Positions 37,326 through 50,184 of a stretch of 64,000 nt of DNA are shown here, piece after piece. The first letter of the stretch is position 1; the number at the start of each line of letters is the position of its first letter. The DNA comes from Mobula hypostoma (Eukaryota), in the NCBI RefSeq assembly GCF_963921235.1, contig NC_086123.1, forward strand, positions 18,042,001-18,106,000, read 5' to 3'. The translations under genes were made by a program, and so were the position numbers. The notes beneath the pieces were generated by a model. It worked only from the letters and a program-made list of their open reading frames with translations. It was not told the DNA's origin and searched no databases.

Positions 37326-39263
37326 ATGGGTTTCTTTCAATTCTGTTCAACATTGTTTCAAACCTGTAATCATTTTTTAAATATCGTGAAGAGTAGAAAC
37401 ATCTAAATGTTCTAGTTCACCCCCCCCCCCCACTCCACATTCCAAATTCAGAGGTTAGGGTTAATGAGTTCTGGGCATGTTATTTCGGCAGCAGAAGCAT
37501 GGAGGAACTTGTGGACTGTCCCCAGTACCTCGCAAACGATGACGCAGACAATGAGTTTCACTGTATGTTTCAATGCACTGATGTACATGTAACAAATAAA
37601 GCGATCTTTATCTTTATTTTTGTACTTGCTACAGAGAGATTACAAACTGCTTGGTAAGCTTAGAGACATTGGCAAACTTCTCGATCTAGATACACTACTG
37701 TGCAACTGGGTGTTGGGTTTCTTAACTAACAGACCACAGGTAGTCAGGAAGCACATCCCCATCCATCTCCTCCTTCCCCATTAACTTCAGGACCGGTGCA
37801 CCCACCCCGAGCTGTGTGTTAAGCCCACTGCTGACACTCTGCTCAAACATGACTTCAAGGCTCAACATCCGGGTGATCACATTGTCAAGTTCACTGCTGA
37901 CATGACAGTGGTGGGTTTCATAAACCAGTAATGATGAAATGGCCTACAGAGAGCAGGTGGAAGAGCTCGTGGCCTTGTGCCAAGTAAATAACCTCTCCCT
38001 CAATATCTACAATACAAAGGAGTTGATTATCGACTTCAGGAGAAATCGCACTATGCACACACGTCTGTGACACTGAAGTGGAAACTACGAGCGGCTTCAA
38101 ACTCCTGGGAGTACCCATCTTGCACAAACTCTCATGCTGTAAAATTGAACATATGACAATAGTATTATTGGTATTCAGTTGTACAGACAGTTCCAGACAG
38201 AGGATTATCCAGCACTGCAAACTTTGACACAATTGCCTTGGTATATCTACCACACCATTCAGCTGATTTTGACTAGTTTCAGCTATCAGTAAAAAAAAAT
38301 GCCCAGTTTCTGAATCCATGCAAATAATATAGATTTCGCAGTAGGCTCTGCTGCACATTAGTCCAAAATATCTGAAAACACACCAGTCACAGGATATGAT
38401 TTGGTCAACAGAATATGAAATTCTGCAGATGCTACAAATCTTGAGCTTCACTTCTTCTGATGATGGGTCTTGGCCCAAATGTCAACTGTTTATTCCCCCC
38501 GCCCCATAGATACTGCCTGACCTGCTGAGTTGCTCCAGAATTTTGTGTATGTTGCATATGACTTGATAACTTCCCATAATCACTTCCAGAAGGGGAAAAA
38601 AAAAACTAGAGACATCTTTTTAAAGGAGGAACACAGCAGCGTAATGGAGAAGAGGTGTGGCACTGGGTGGAAATCTGTTTCAAAGTACCAGCACAGGCAG
38701 AATGCGTTATCTGCCATCTGTGTGTTACACATTTCAATGAAACAGCAGCAGCAACAAACTAAATTCCCCCAGGTGCGAAGTTAATATCAGAAATGCATAC
38801 ACTGATTACAATCTATTCAAAATGCTTTTATAGCTTGCGACAAACAATTGGTTATAAAACAAATTACAACAAACTTGATTAATTAATGAACACACAACTT
38901 TTTTTTAGTGGAGATGATTCAAAGTGTAATATTAGGCAGGTTTCCCTTTTCTTTATCAAAACACTCATCCTATTTCTTTAGAACGTCCACTTTGATCCTG
39001 ACAAAGTTCCACAGAAATCCATCATGTGATCAATGAGCTTGTGTGTATGTTGGCATCATATTCTCTAGCAACACGTAAATGAGCTAAATGAGTGTAGCTG
39101 GTTGTGGGTAATCTTAGAAACTTCATCCTCGAAACCTGAGGGATCAGTCATCATAGCCCCAATGAAAGAGAGATAGGATAAATGCAAGTAATTTCATACA
39201 GCCCATAATCGCCATTTGTTCCTGAGGAAATATGAAAAAATTGCGCAGATAACTGGCTGAGCT

Positions 39264-40310
39264 TCATATATTCTCTGTTGACTCCATTTGAAAGTGAGCA
39301 AAGGTGTTGCAGACTGAAGACCTTTCAGGTTCAACAGCTTGTTGGATTTCTTGCTTTGGATGTAATGATTGCTTTGTTCCTGATCTGAAGAATCTGAGAT
39401 TATGAGAAATAAGAGTTTTCTTCAAAGTTTCTTTAAATGATGAACTTGAGAAGTAGTAAATAACTGGGTCCAGCACGCTGTTCAAATAGGTTATGCACAA
39501 TGTATTGTAGAATATCTGAACACAGACGTCAAATAACTCACAGTCTTTTAAATTGCTTGAAATTAAAACGGCGATTACAGCGATATTGCTGGGTAGGAAG
39601 CAGATGACAAACGCTGCTGCCACAGCTATCACAAGCCTCATAACTCTTTCATATTTAACCCTCATTTCAGATTTCATCTGCTTTAGCCTCCAGATAATAC
39701 AGCACGTGGAGAACAGGATCAATGAAGCCGGTAAAATAAACTTGAAAACAATAAAAATAATACTTGTCCAAAATGCTGTGGGGCTTAGAGGCAGAGTTAT
39801 GCTAAATGGCTCACAGTTAGTTAAATTGTTATGTGTGAAGGTATGAGGTTCTATCAGAATGTGCAAACAAATCAACATTGTTAGAAACCAGAGAATGAGT
39901 GATACCTTCACTGCAGTCCTTGTAGAGATCTTGTTCACTTTATGGTGAGGGTGGATCACTTTGAAATAGCGATCAAGTGCCATAACTGTGAGGAAAACAA
40001 CGCTCTCTGTCCGGTTCAGAAACATCAGGTATATCTTCAGACGGCACACAACATCACCAAAAATCCAGTTCTTCTCACGTATGTAGTAATCGGCTCGAAA
40101 TGGCAGACAGCAGATCAGCAGAGTGTCGGCAATCGCCAGGCACAGTGAATAGACGGTGTTTGGTCTCCAGGATTTAACATGAAAACAGAAGATCCACAAG
40201 GCAATCATATTTCCAATTAATCCAAAGATAAATGTTAAAATAAGTATCGGTGGATTGTAGGCTGAATAAATGTCCTTCACTAAAGGGCATACATGTGTCT
40301 CATTACCCAT
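39264..40310 (-). CDS. HCAR/OXER1-like class A GPCR, copy 2, 348 aa
   Basis: Same motifs as copy 1; intact frame; ATG of MGNETHVC at 40310. Confidence 0.93.
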   Translation of the reverse strand: MGNETHVCPLVKDIYSAYNPPILILTFIFGLIGNMIALWIFCFHVKSWRPNTVYSLCLAIADTLLICCLPFRADYYIREKNWIFGDVVCRLKIYLMFLNRTESVVFLTVMALDRYFKVIHPHHKVNKISTRTAVKVSLILWFLTMLICLHILIEPHTFTHNNLTNCEPFSITLPLSPTAFWTSIIFIVFKFILPASLILFSTCCIIWRLKQMKSEMRVKYERVMRLVIAVAAAFVICFLPSNIAVIAVLISSNLKDCELFDVCVQIFYNTLCITYLNSVLDPVIYYFSSSSFKETLKKTLISHNLRFFRSGTKQSLHPKQEIQQAVEPERSSVCNTFAHFQMESTENI

Positions 40311-40651
40311 CGTGGAGAGAGTTGGAAATGTTGCAAGAGGAGTGGGAGAAAGCAAAAGGACACAGTCTATTAAAGGGTATTTCCACAACGTGTCATAGTT
40401 TATGGGTGTAGCTAAGGCAACCCCAGAATATTCAGGAGGTTTTTAATCTGAATTTAGTGGTTATTTGGTCCAGTGGTTGCTGATTGCGAACCGGAACCAA
40501 GAGCTCCTTACTAAACTGATCCATTTGCAAAATGAATTCTGCACATTGTACAGGATTTCAGAGTTATCATAATGGAAGTGAGGCAAATTGAGTGTTGCAG
40601 CAGCAGCCTAGAAGGTAAACTGCTCAGATGGTTTTCAGGACTTTACAAATA
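40311..40651 (-). promoter_or_regulatory. Conserved upstream region of the GPCR (also 30568-30917 and 51232-51573); candidate promoter/5' UTR
   Basis: Conserved in all three copies; minus-strand CATAAA ~90 bp upstream of the ATG, C/EBP-like ATTTGCAAAAT, ETS-like ATGGAAGTG. Motif function is inferred. Confidence 0.4.
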
Positions 40652-42275
40652 GAGTGGCATGCAAAAGTTTGGGCATCCCTGGTCAAAATTTCTGTTACTG
40701 TCAATAACTAAGCCAGTAAAAGATGAACTGATTTCCAAAAGGCATAAAGTTAAAGATGACACATTTCTTTGATATTTTAAGCAAGAAAACTTTTTTATTC
40801 CTATCTTTTACAGTTTAAATATAACAGAAAAGGAAAAGGGCCCAAAGCAAATGTTTGGGCACCCTGCACAGTCCGTACTTATTAACACCCCCTTTGGCAA
40901 GTATCACAGATTGTAAACGCTTTCTGTAGCCAGCTAAGAGTCTTTCAATTCTTGTTTGGGGGATTTTCGGCCATTATTCCTTGCAAAAGGCTTCTAGTTG
41001 GGTGAAATTCTTGCACCGTCTTGCGTGCACTGCTCTTCTGAGGTCTATCCACGGATTCTCGATGATGTTTAGGTCAGGGGACTGTGAGGGCCATGGCAAA
41101 ACCTTCAGCTTGCACCTCTTGAGGTAGTCCACTGTGGATTTTGAGCTGTGTTTAGGATCATTATCCTGTTGTAGAAGCCATCCTCTTTTCACCTTCAGCT
41201 TTTTTACAGACGATGTAATGTTTGCTTCCAGAGTTCGCTGGAATTTAATTGAATTCATTCTTCCCTTCACCACTAAGTGTTCCCCGTCCCACTGGCTGCA
41301 ACACAAGCCCAAAGCATGATCGATCCACCCCCGTGCTTAACAGTTGGTCAGGGGTTCTTTTCATGAGATTCTGCACCCTTTTTTCTCCAAGCATACCTTT
41401 GTTCATTGCGGCCAAAAAGTTCTATTTTAACTTCATCAGTCCACAGGACTTGTTTCCAAAATGCATCGGGCTTGTTTCGATGTTCCTTTGAACCTTTTGA
41501 ATAGAACTTTTTAGCTGCAATGAGCAAAGGTATGTTTGGAGAAAAAGAGGTGCAGAATCTCATGAAAAGAACACCTCTCCAACTGTTAAACACGGGGGTG
41601 GATCGATCATGCTTTGGGCTTGTGTTACAGTCAGTGGAACGGGGAACATTTCACTGGCAGAGGGAAGAATGAATTCAATTAAACACCAACAAATTCTGGA
41701 AGCAAACATCACACTGTCTGTAAAAAAGCTGAAGATGAAAAGAGGATGGCTTCTACAACAGGATAATGATCCTAAACACACCTCAAAATCCACAATGGAC
41801 TACCTCAAGAGGTGCAAGCTGAAGGTTTTGTCATGGCCCTCACAGTCCTCTGACCGAAACAATATCGAGAAGCTGTAGATAGACCTCAAAAGAGCAGTGC
41901 ATGCAAGACCACCCAAGAATCTCACAGAACTAGAAGCCTTTTGCAAGGAAGAATGGGCTAATATCGCCCAAACAAGAATTGAAGGACTCTTAGCTGGTTA
42001 CAGAAAGTGTTTACAAGCTGCGATACTTGCCAAAGGGGGTGTTACTAAGTACTGTCCATGCAGGGTGCCCAAAACGTTGCTTCGGGCCCTTTTCATTTCT
42101 TGTTCTTTTGAAACAATAAAAAATGGAAATGAAAAAGTTTTCTTGCTTAAAATATTAAAAGAAATGTATCATATTTAACTTTATACCTTTTGGAAATCAG
42201 CTCATCTTTTACTTGCTTAGCTGTTCGCAGTAACAGAAATTTTGACTGGGGTGCCCAAACTTTTGCATGTCACTA
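40652..42275. mobile_element. Fold-back (palindromic) Tc1 derivative made of two inverted 3' halves
   Basis: Arms ~40652-41427 and ~41500-42275 are inverted copies; transposase C-terminal ORFs on both strands (40974-41312 minus, 41609-42178 plus); TA flanks; empty site at 51572-51573. Confidence 0.92.
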
Positions 42276-45049
42276 TAAGCCTGAAATGACATCTGCAATT
42301 TACCTCTCCAGTAAGGACAAACAGGAAGTGACAATGCTTTTAGGGGAACAGTTAAACAATAAACAAGAGGAGCAAGAGTAGGTTATGTAGCCCAATGTGC
42401 CTGTTCTGCTTTCAGTGAAATCATTATGGACTGTTTCTTCAGTGCTCCATTCCTAGGAATGGAGTTAGGCCTGCTTCAGTATGTCTTAAGGTCACGACTG
42501 ATTGGTTTGTAAACTTTCTTCCGGTATTCCTGTTTAACTGTAGCAGCATTTCAAACACGTTTTATACTTCTCTGCGTTAAAGTTACCCAAAAGCTCAGCT
42601 TTCAATAGATTTTGAGGAAGGGAGTTCAAAGATTCATGGGCTTGAAAATGGTTGCACCATTTTGTCTTAAGTAGAGAAAATCTTAATTTTAAAAAGTTAT
42701 CTCTAGTTCTGGATTCTCATAATGAAGAGATGTCCCTTCCACAGTCATCCTGTCAAGACCACGTGAGCTCTTATGTTTTTAATCAATTCACCTTACCCTT
42801 TTCTAAACTCCAGCAGATACATTCCGGGTCTTCTGAACTCTCCTTATAAGATAATCATCACATTTCAAGTCTAATATACTTCCTCGTAAACACTTCCAAA
42901 ACTTTCAAATAAGAAGATCCGCATTATTCTCCACCCTCCCGATATGATCTCAACAGCTGCCCATATCAATGAAGTATGATCTCCCAATATTTGTGTTCAG
43001 TTTCCTTGGCAAAAAGAGAGTGACATTGTGACATTCCCCTGATTACTTCTTGTACATTCGTTTAAGCCTTTAGCAAATCTGCAAAATCCGCCAACACCTT
43101 TAATGTGCTCACTCATTCCTTGGTCCACAGAGAGAGGATCATTTGAAGGCAAGACTTCATTATTATCTCCATGCTCAAGTTTACCATGATTCCCACCTGC
43201 CTGTTTTTCTTGGAGACACGGACAACCTACAGGAGGCACTTCAAAGTACTGAAGAAGTAGCATCAATGTGGTTTCCATAAAAATTCTCTGAATTCTGCAC
43301 AGAATACTATAGGTAAACCGATGTGTTCTCCTCACCTGGACAACTTCACCAACAATGAAGCTCTCCTCAGGTGTAGACTTCTCCAGTGAGTCAGCCTTAT
43401 CTGTTCCATGCCAGTCTCCCAAAATAGGCAACATTATTCTGAATGATTAATTTTTCAAAAAAAATTCAGGGACCTTCTCAAACTCTACTTGAGAAAGTAT
43501 AGATTCCCCATCAATGCATGTGAATCCTTGGCCCATCACTGTTCAAAATGGATAGGGGCTTCTCAGGGGTACTGAGGATAAGTGTATGACCAAAGTATGT
43601 GGTGACCAAGCATAAACAGTGAAAATAACACAGAGCATCATCAACACCTGCTTTTTTGTCTGTGGGAAAGTTTGCATTTCCCATAGTGGGGCTCTTCAAT
43701 TATCCCAGAACCCAATTAAGTGGAACAGAAATGAGTCATCCTCAACTCAAAGAGGAAAACTAGAATTAAAAAAGTAGAGAAATATCAGTTAAAAATCTGC
43801 AATATTAACCTGTAGATATGCCTTGTTTGTGCCTTTTTATCAATATTCCAAAATAAATATGAAGCATTTTAACAGCTAAGCATTTAGCTAATACTAGTGT
43901 GCTATCCAGAACCGCAGCATGGAATTTCTTTTATTTAATCATTTTGTCCCACCCCTTTACCCAAAACATTGTTTATTTCTGGCCCTTCCCCAGCTGCTTG
44001 TGTATAAGGATGATGTGCTCCAAAGCTTTGATTTGATGACAAACTCCTGTGTTTGGCTTGAATGGACAACCCTGCAAAAGTCAGTGGATACGAGCCAGTC
44101 CATGACAGGTAAAGCCCTCCCCTCCATTGAGCACATCTACATGGAAAATTGTCTCAGGAAAGCAGCATCTATCATTATGGACCCCTACTACACCTCCCAC
44201 TGCTGCCATCAGACAAAAAGTACAGAAGCCTCAGGACTCACTCCAGCAGGTTAACAAATAGTTATTACCCCTCAACCATCAGGCTCTTGAACCAAATGGA
44301 ATGACTTCACTCAATTTCACCAGACCCAACGTTGAAATATTCCCACAACCTATGGACTCACTTTCATGGACTCTTCATCTCATGTTCTTCCTAGTTGTTG
44401 CTTACTTGTTTATTATTATTATTTCTTTTGTTTGTTGTCTTTCGCACACTGGTTGAAATGGTTGAAGTTGGTTCGGTCTCTCATTGATTCTATTATGGTT
44501 ATTATTCTATTCTGGATTTAGTAGGTATGCCTGCAAAAAATGAATCTCAGGATTGTATATGGTGACATGTATGTACTTTGATAATAAATCTGCTTTGAAC
44601 TTTGAACTTTGTACTCTGCCTGTGCGACTTTCTCCATGGTGATGATCATCGTCATTGTCAGATCGCTGGAGGGTAACCATGTAACCCCTGTCAGGAAGTA
44701 CTGCAGCTGCTGAAGAATTGAAGGATGCCCACTGTAACATTTTAATCCATTCCAGTTTTGGAACTATAGAAACTCAGCTGAGTGAGAGATTTACTTTTAG
44801 TAGTTGATGGATTCAGTGCAATAAATGATATGTACATTGAACTCGAGATTCCTACAATTCACAAACACAAATATTTGTGCAAGCAGCAATTGAACTCTCT
44901 TAATCTGTGACAGCAATCTAATCATCCTCCATATCATGCCCAGAGTCTAGGATATTATTATAATGGTTTCATTCTCTGCCCCTGAATAATCTCTAATACC
45001 TTTATAATTTTATTTTATTTAGTGATACAGTACGGTAACAGGCCCTTCC

Positions 45050-45736
45050 TGTTAGGAAGCGGACCCAAGTGCAGGACACAGGCACGGAGACTAGACACAG
45101 AGGCGGACTTGGACTTGACTTGAACACAGAGCCAGGACTTAGACTAGACTTGGAAACAGAGCCTGGACTTGGACTGGCACATGATGAAACAGAATTCTTA
45201 ACTCCGAGTCATGGCAAACGGCCGGACCTACTCAGCTGAAACGAGACAACTAAACCAGACAATAACAGACAATACGTATCTTGACATGGAAAAGCTTATG
45301 AAGTGGCAAACGGCTGGCAATCACTTGACTGGGACTCAGAGCCTTGACTTAGACTGGGACTCGGAGCCTACAAAACAAAACAACGACAGACCACTCGCAT
45401 CCCGGCTTGGAGCAGCGGTAAAACGGCCGGCAACACTCAGCTGGACACAAGACGACAAACACAAACAACAACAGAAAATAGGTATCTTGATAAGTAGAAG
45501 CTCATGAGGATGGTCCCTTATTCTTGGCGGCTCAGAAGACGGTCTCTTATTCTTGGCAGCTCAGAACATTCATTGCCGCCCTGGCTACGGTGACAGACCC
45601 GCCCCAAGTAGCTGTAAACCGGGGTTTTTATCTTGCCGGTTCGGATGAAGATCAGGTGCCCTCATCAAGGAGCCCAGTGGAACACGGGGAAAAGGAAATT
45701 TACTGAAATGACTAGGTAACGGACCGGACCCTGACA
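45050..45736. mobile_element. Solo LTR copy 2 (duplicated with the array)
   Basis: Same site and CTTCC TSD as 33430-34225; fewer internal repeat units. Confidence 0.82.
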
Positions 45737-47101
45737 CTTCCACCCTGACCAGCTGGCACCGCCCAAATACTGCAATGTAACTAATTAATCTACTAATCCG
45801 TAACTCTTTGGAATGTGGAAGGGAAACAGAGCATGTTGGGTAATCTGGTTTAAGGACATTGCACTTTCTTAGAATCATGCACCATGAGAAGGCCACTCAA
45901 CCCATCATGCAAATGCTAGCACTGAACAGATTTCCAGTAACTACCACTCTCTTTTACTATAATCATGTCAGGTTTCTCCTTTTTAAGTATATCTCCAGGA
46001 GTCTTCTGAAAATGGTCATTGGAGACAGCAAAATATATTCTGTGAATAAAGTGCTTTTGCCTATTTTGAATCTCCAATATGCATATGTCTGAATCTGGTC
46101 AAATTTTACTTTTTTACACACAGTTCGTCTCCATGGTACGCAGGGCCCCATTCCTGTCAACTGTACATAACCCAGGCAGTTCACAAGCTGACAATGCAGT
46201 TTCAGACTGGGTTTCCAGAAGATTCCAGCAGCCATCCCACCAGTCTCACAAACACTCGCCCTAATTTATGGACTGGCAATGAATTGTGCTTCATAGATGG
46301 GTTTCTTTCAATTCCGTTCAACTTTGTTTCAAACCTGTAAGCATTTTTTTAAACATTGTGAAGAGTAGAAACATCTGAATGTTCTAGACCCCACCCCACT
46401 CCACATCCCAAATTCAGAGGTTAGGGTTAATGAGTTCTGGGCATGTTATTTCGGCAGTAGAAGCATGGAGGAACTTGTGGACTGTCCCCAGCACCTCGCA
46501 AACGATGACGCAGACAATGAGATTCACTGTATGTTTCAATGCACTGACGTACATGTAACAAATAAAGCGATCTTTATCTTTATTTTTGTACTTGCTACAG
46601 AGAGATTACAAACTGCTTGGTAAGCTTAGAGACATTGGCAAACTTCTCGATCTAGATACACTACTGTGCAACTGGGTGTTGGGTTTCTTAACTAACAGAC
46701 CTCAGGTAGTCAGGAAGCACATCCCTGTTCATCTCCTCCTTCCCCATTAACCTCAGGACTGGTGCACCCACCCCGAGCTGTGTGTTAATCCCACTGCTGA
46801 CACTCAGCTCAAACGTGACTTCAAGGCTCAACATCCAGATGATCACATTGTCAAGTTCACTGCTGACATGACAGTGGTGGGTTTCATAAACCAGTGATGA
46901 TGAAATGGCCTACAGAGAGCAGGTGGAAGAGCTCATGGTCTGGTGCCAAGGAAGTAACCTCTCTCTCAATATCTACAATACAAAGGAGTTGATTATCGAC
47001 TTCAGGAGAACTCGCACTATGCACACACGTCTGTGGCACAGCAGTGGAAACTACGAGCGACTTCAAACTCCTAGGAGTGCCCATCTTGCACAAACTCTCA
47101 T

Positions 47102-48817
47102 GCTGTAAAATTGAACATATGACAATAGTATTATTGGTATTCAGTTGTGCGGACAGTTCCAGACAGAGGATTATCCAGCACTGCAAACTTTGACACAATG
47201 GCCTTGGTATATCTACCACACCATTCAGCTGATTTTGACTAGTTTCAGCCATTAGTAAATAGAAATGCCCAATTTCTGAATCCATTCAAGTAATACATAG
47301 ATTTCACAGTAGGCTCTGCTATACATTAAACCAAAACATCTGAAAACACACCGGTCACAGGATATAATTTGGTCAACAGAATATGAGATTCTGCAGATGC
47401 TACAAATCTTCAGCTTCACTTGTCCTGATGATGGGTCTTGGCCCAAAATGTCACCTGTTTGCTTCCAGAATTTGCTGGTATTTAATTGAATTCATTCTTC
47501 CCTCTGCCAGTGAAATGTTCCCCGTCCCACTGGCTGCAACACAAGCCCAAAGCATGATCAATCCACCCCCTGTGCTTAACAGTTGGAGAGGGGTAGTTTT
47601 CGTGAAATTCTGCACCCTTTTTTCTCCAGACATACCTTCGCTCATTGCAGCCAAAAAGTTCTATTTTAACTTCATCAGTCCACAGGACTTGTTTCCAAAA
47701 TGCATCGGGCTTGTTTCGATGTTCCTTTGAACCTTTTGAATAGAACTCATGTAGAACATTATGTAGCCCAAAGTGCCTGTTCTGCTTTCAGTGAAATCAT
47801 TACGGACTGTTTCTTCAGTGCTCCGTTCCTAGGAATGGAGTTAGGCCTGCTTCAGTATGTCTTAAGGTCACGACTGATTGGTTTGTAAAATTTCTTCTGG
47901 TATTCCTGTCTAACTGCAGCAGCATTTCAAACACGTTTTATACTTCTCTGCATTAAAGTTACCCAAAAGCTCAGCTTTCAACAGATTTTGAGGAACAGAG
48001 TTCAAAGATTCATGGGCTTGAAAATGGTTGCACCATTTTGTCTTAAGTAGAGAAAATCTTAATTTTAAAAAGTTATCTCTAGTTCTGGATTCTCATAATG
48101 AAGAGATGTCCCTTCCACAGTCATCCTGTCAAGACCACGTGAGCTCTTATGTTTTTAATCAATTCGCCTTATCCTTTTCTAAACTCCAGCAGATACATTC
48201 CGGGTCTTCCAAACTCTCCTTATAAGATAATCATCACATTTCAAGTCTAATATACTTTCTCGGAAACACTTCCAAAACCTTCAAATAAGAAGATCCGCAT
48301 TATACTCCACCCTCCCGATATGATCTCAACAGCTGCCCATATCAATGAAGTATGATCTCCCAACATTTGTGTTCAGTTTCCATGGCAAAAAGAGAGTGAC
48401 ATTGTGACATTCCCCTGATTACTCCTTGTACATTCGTTTAAGCCTTTAGCAAATCTGCAAAATCCGCCAACACCTTTAATGTGCTCACTCATTCCTTGAT
48501 CCACAGAGAGAGGATCATTTGAAGGCAAGACTTCATTATTATCTCCATGCTCAAGTTTACCATGATTCCCACCTGTCTGTTTGTCTTGGAGACATGGACA
48601 ACCTACAGGAGGCACTTCAAAGTACTGAAGAAGTAGCATCGATGTGGTTTCCATAAAAATCCTCTGAATCCTGCACAGAATACTATAGGTAAACCGATGT
48701 GTTCTCCTCACCTGGACAACTTCACCAGCAATGAAGTTCTCATCACATTTAGACTTCACCGGTGAGTTAGCCATATCTGTTCCATGCCAGTCTCCCAAAA
48801 TAGGCAACATTATTCTG
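47102..48817. other. Gene-less duplication unit 2
   Basis: Near-identical to 35610-37325 at offset 11492, with the same junctions. Confidence 0.85.
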
Positions 48818-50184
48818 ATGGGTTTCTTTCAATTCTGTTCAACTTTGTTTCAAACCTGTAATCATTTTTTAAATATCGTGAAGAGTAGAAACATCTAAAT
48901 GTTCTAGTTCACCCCCCCTCTCCCACTCAACATCCCAAATTCAGAGGTTAGGGTTAATGAGTTCTGGGCATGTTATTTTGGCAGCAGAAACATGGAGGAA
49001 CTTGTGGACTGTCCCCAGTACCTTGCAAACGATGACGCAGACAATGAGTTTCACTGTATGTTTCAATGCACTGATGTACATGTAACAAATAAAGCGATCT
49101 TTATCTTTATTTTTGTACTTGCTACACAGAGAGTACAAACCGCTTGGTAAACTTAGAGACATTGGCAAACCACACCATTCAGCTGTCTTTGACTAGTTTC
49201 AGCCAGCAGTAAATAAAAATGCCCAATTTCTGAATCCATGCAAATAATATAGATTTCGCAGTAGGCTCTGCTGCACATTAGTCCAAAATATCTGAAAACA
49301 CACCAGTCACAGGATATGATTTGGTCAACAGAATATGAGATTCTGCAGATGCTACAAATCTTGAGCTTCACTTGTTCTGATGATGGGTCTTGGCCCAAAA
49401 CGTCAACTGTTTATTCTCCCCGCCCCATAGATACTGCCTGACCTGCTGAGTTGCTCCAGAATTTTCTGTGTGTTGCATATGATTCGATAACTTCCCATAA
49501 TCACTCCAGAAGGGGAAAAAAAGACTAGAGACATCTTTTAAAAGGAGAAACATGGCAGCGTAATGGAGAAGAGGTGTGGCACTGGGTGGAAATATGTTTC
49601 AAAGTACCAGCGCAAGAAGAATGCGTTATCTGCTATCTGTGTTGTTACACATTTCAATGAAACAGCAGCCAAAATGAACCAAATTCCCCCAGGTGCGAAG
49701 TTAATATCAGAAATGCATACACTGATTACAATCTATTCAAAATGCTTTTATAGCTTGCGACAAACAATTGGTTATAAAACAAATTACAACAAACTTGATT
49801 AATTAATGAACACACAATTTTTTTTAGTGGAGATGATTCAAAGTGTAATATTAGGCAGGTTTCCCTTTTCTTTATCAAAACACTCATCCTATTTCTTTAC
49901 AATGTCCACTTTGATCCTGACAAAGTTCCACAGAAATCCATCATGTGATCAATGAGCTTGTGTGTATGTTGGCATCATATTCTCCAGCAACACGTAAATG
50001 AGCTAAATGAGTGTAGCTGGTTGTGGGTAATCTTAGAAACTTCATCCTCGAAACCTGAGGGATCAGTCATCATAGTCCCAATGAAAGAGAGATAGGATAA
50101 ATGCAAGCAATTTCATACAGCACATAATCGCCACATTTCTTCCTGAGGAAATATGAAAAAATTTCTCGGATAACTGGCTGAGCT

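Noticed and set aside
37918-38478. 186-aa ORF and related ORFs in other units
   Set aside because: They span Rex1 and pseudo-LTR remnants, have no domain signature, and are frameshifted among paralogues.
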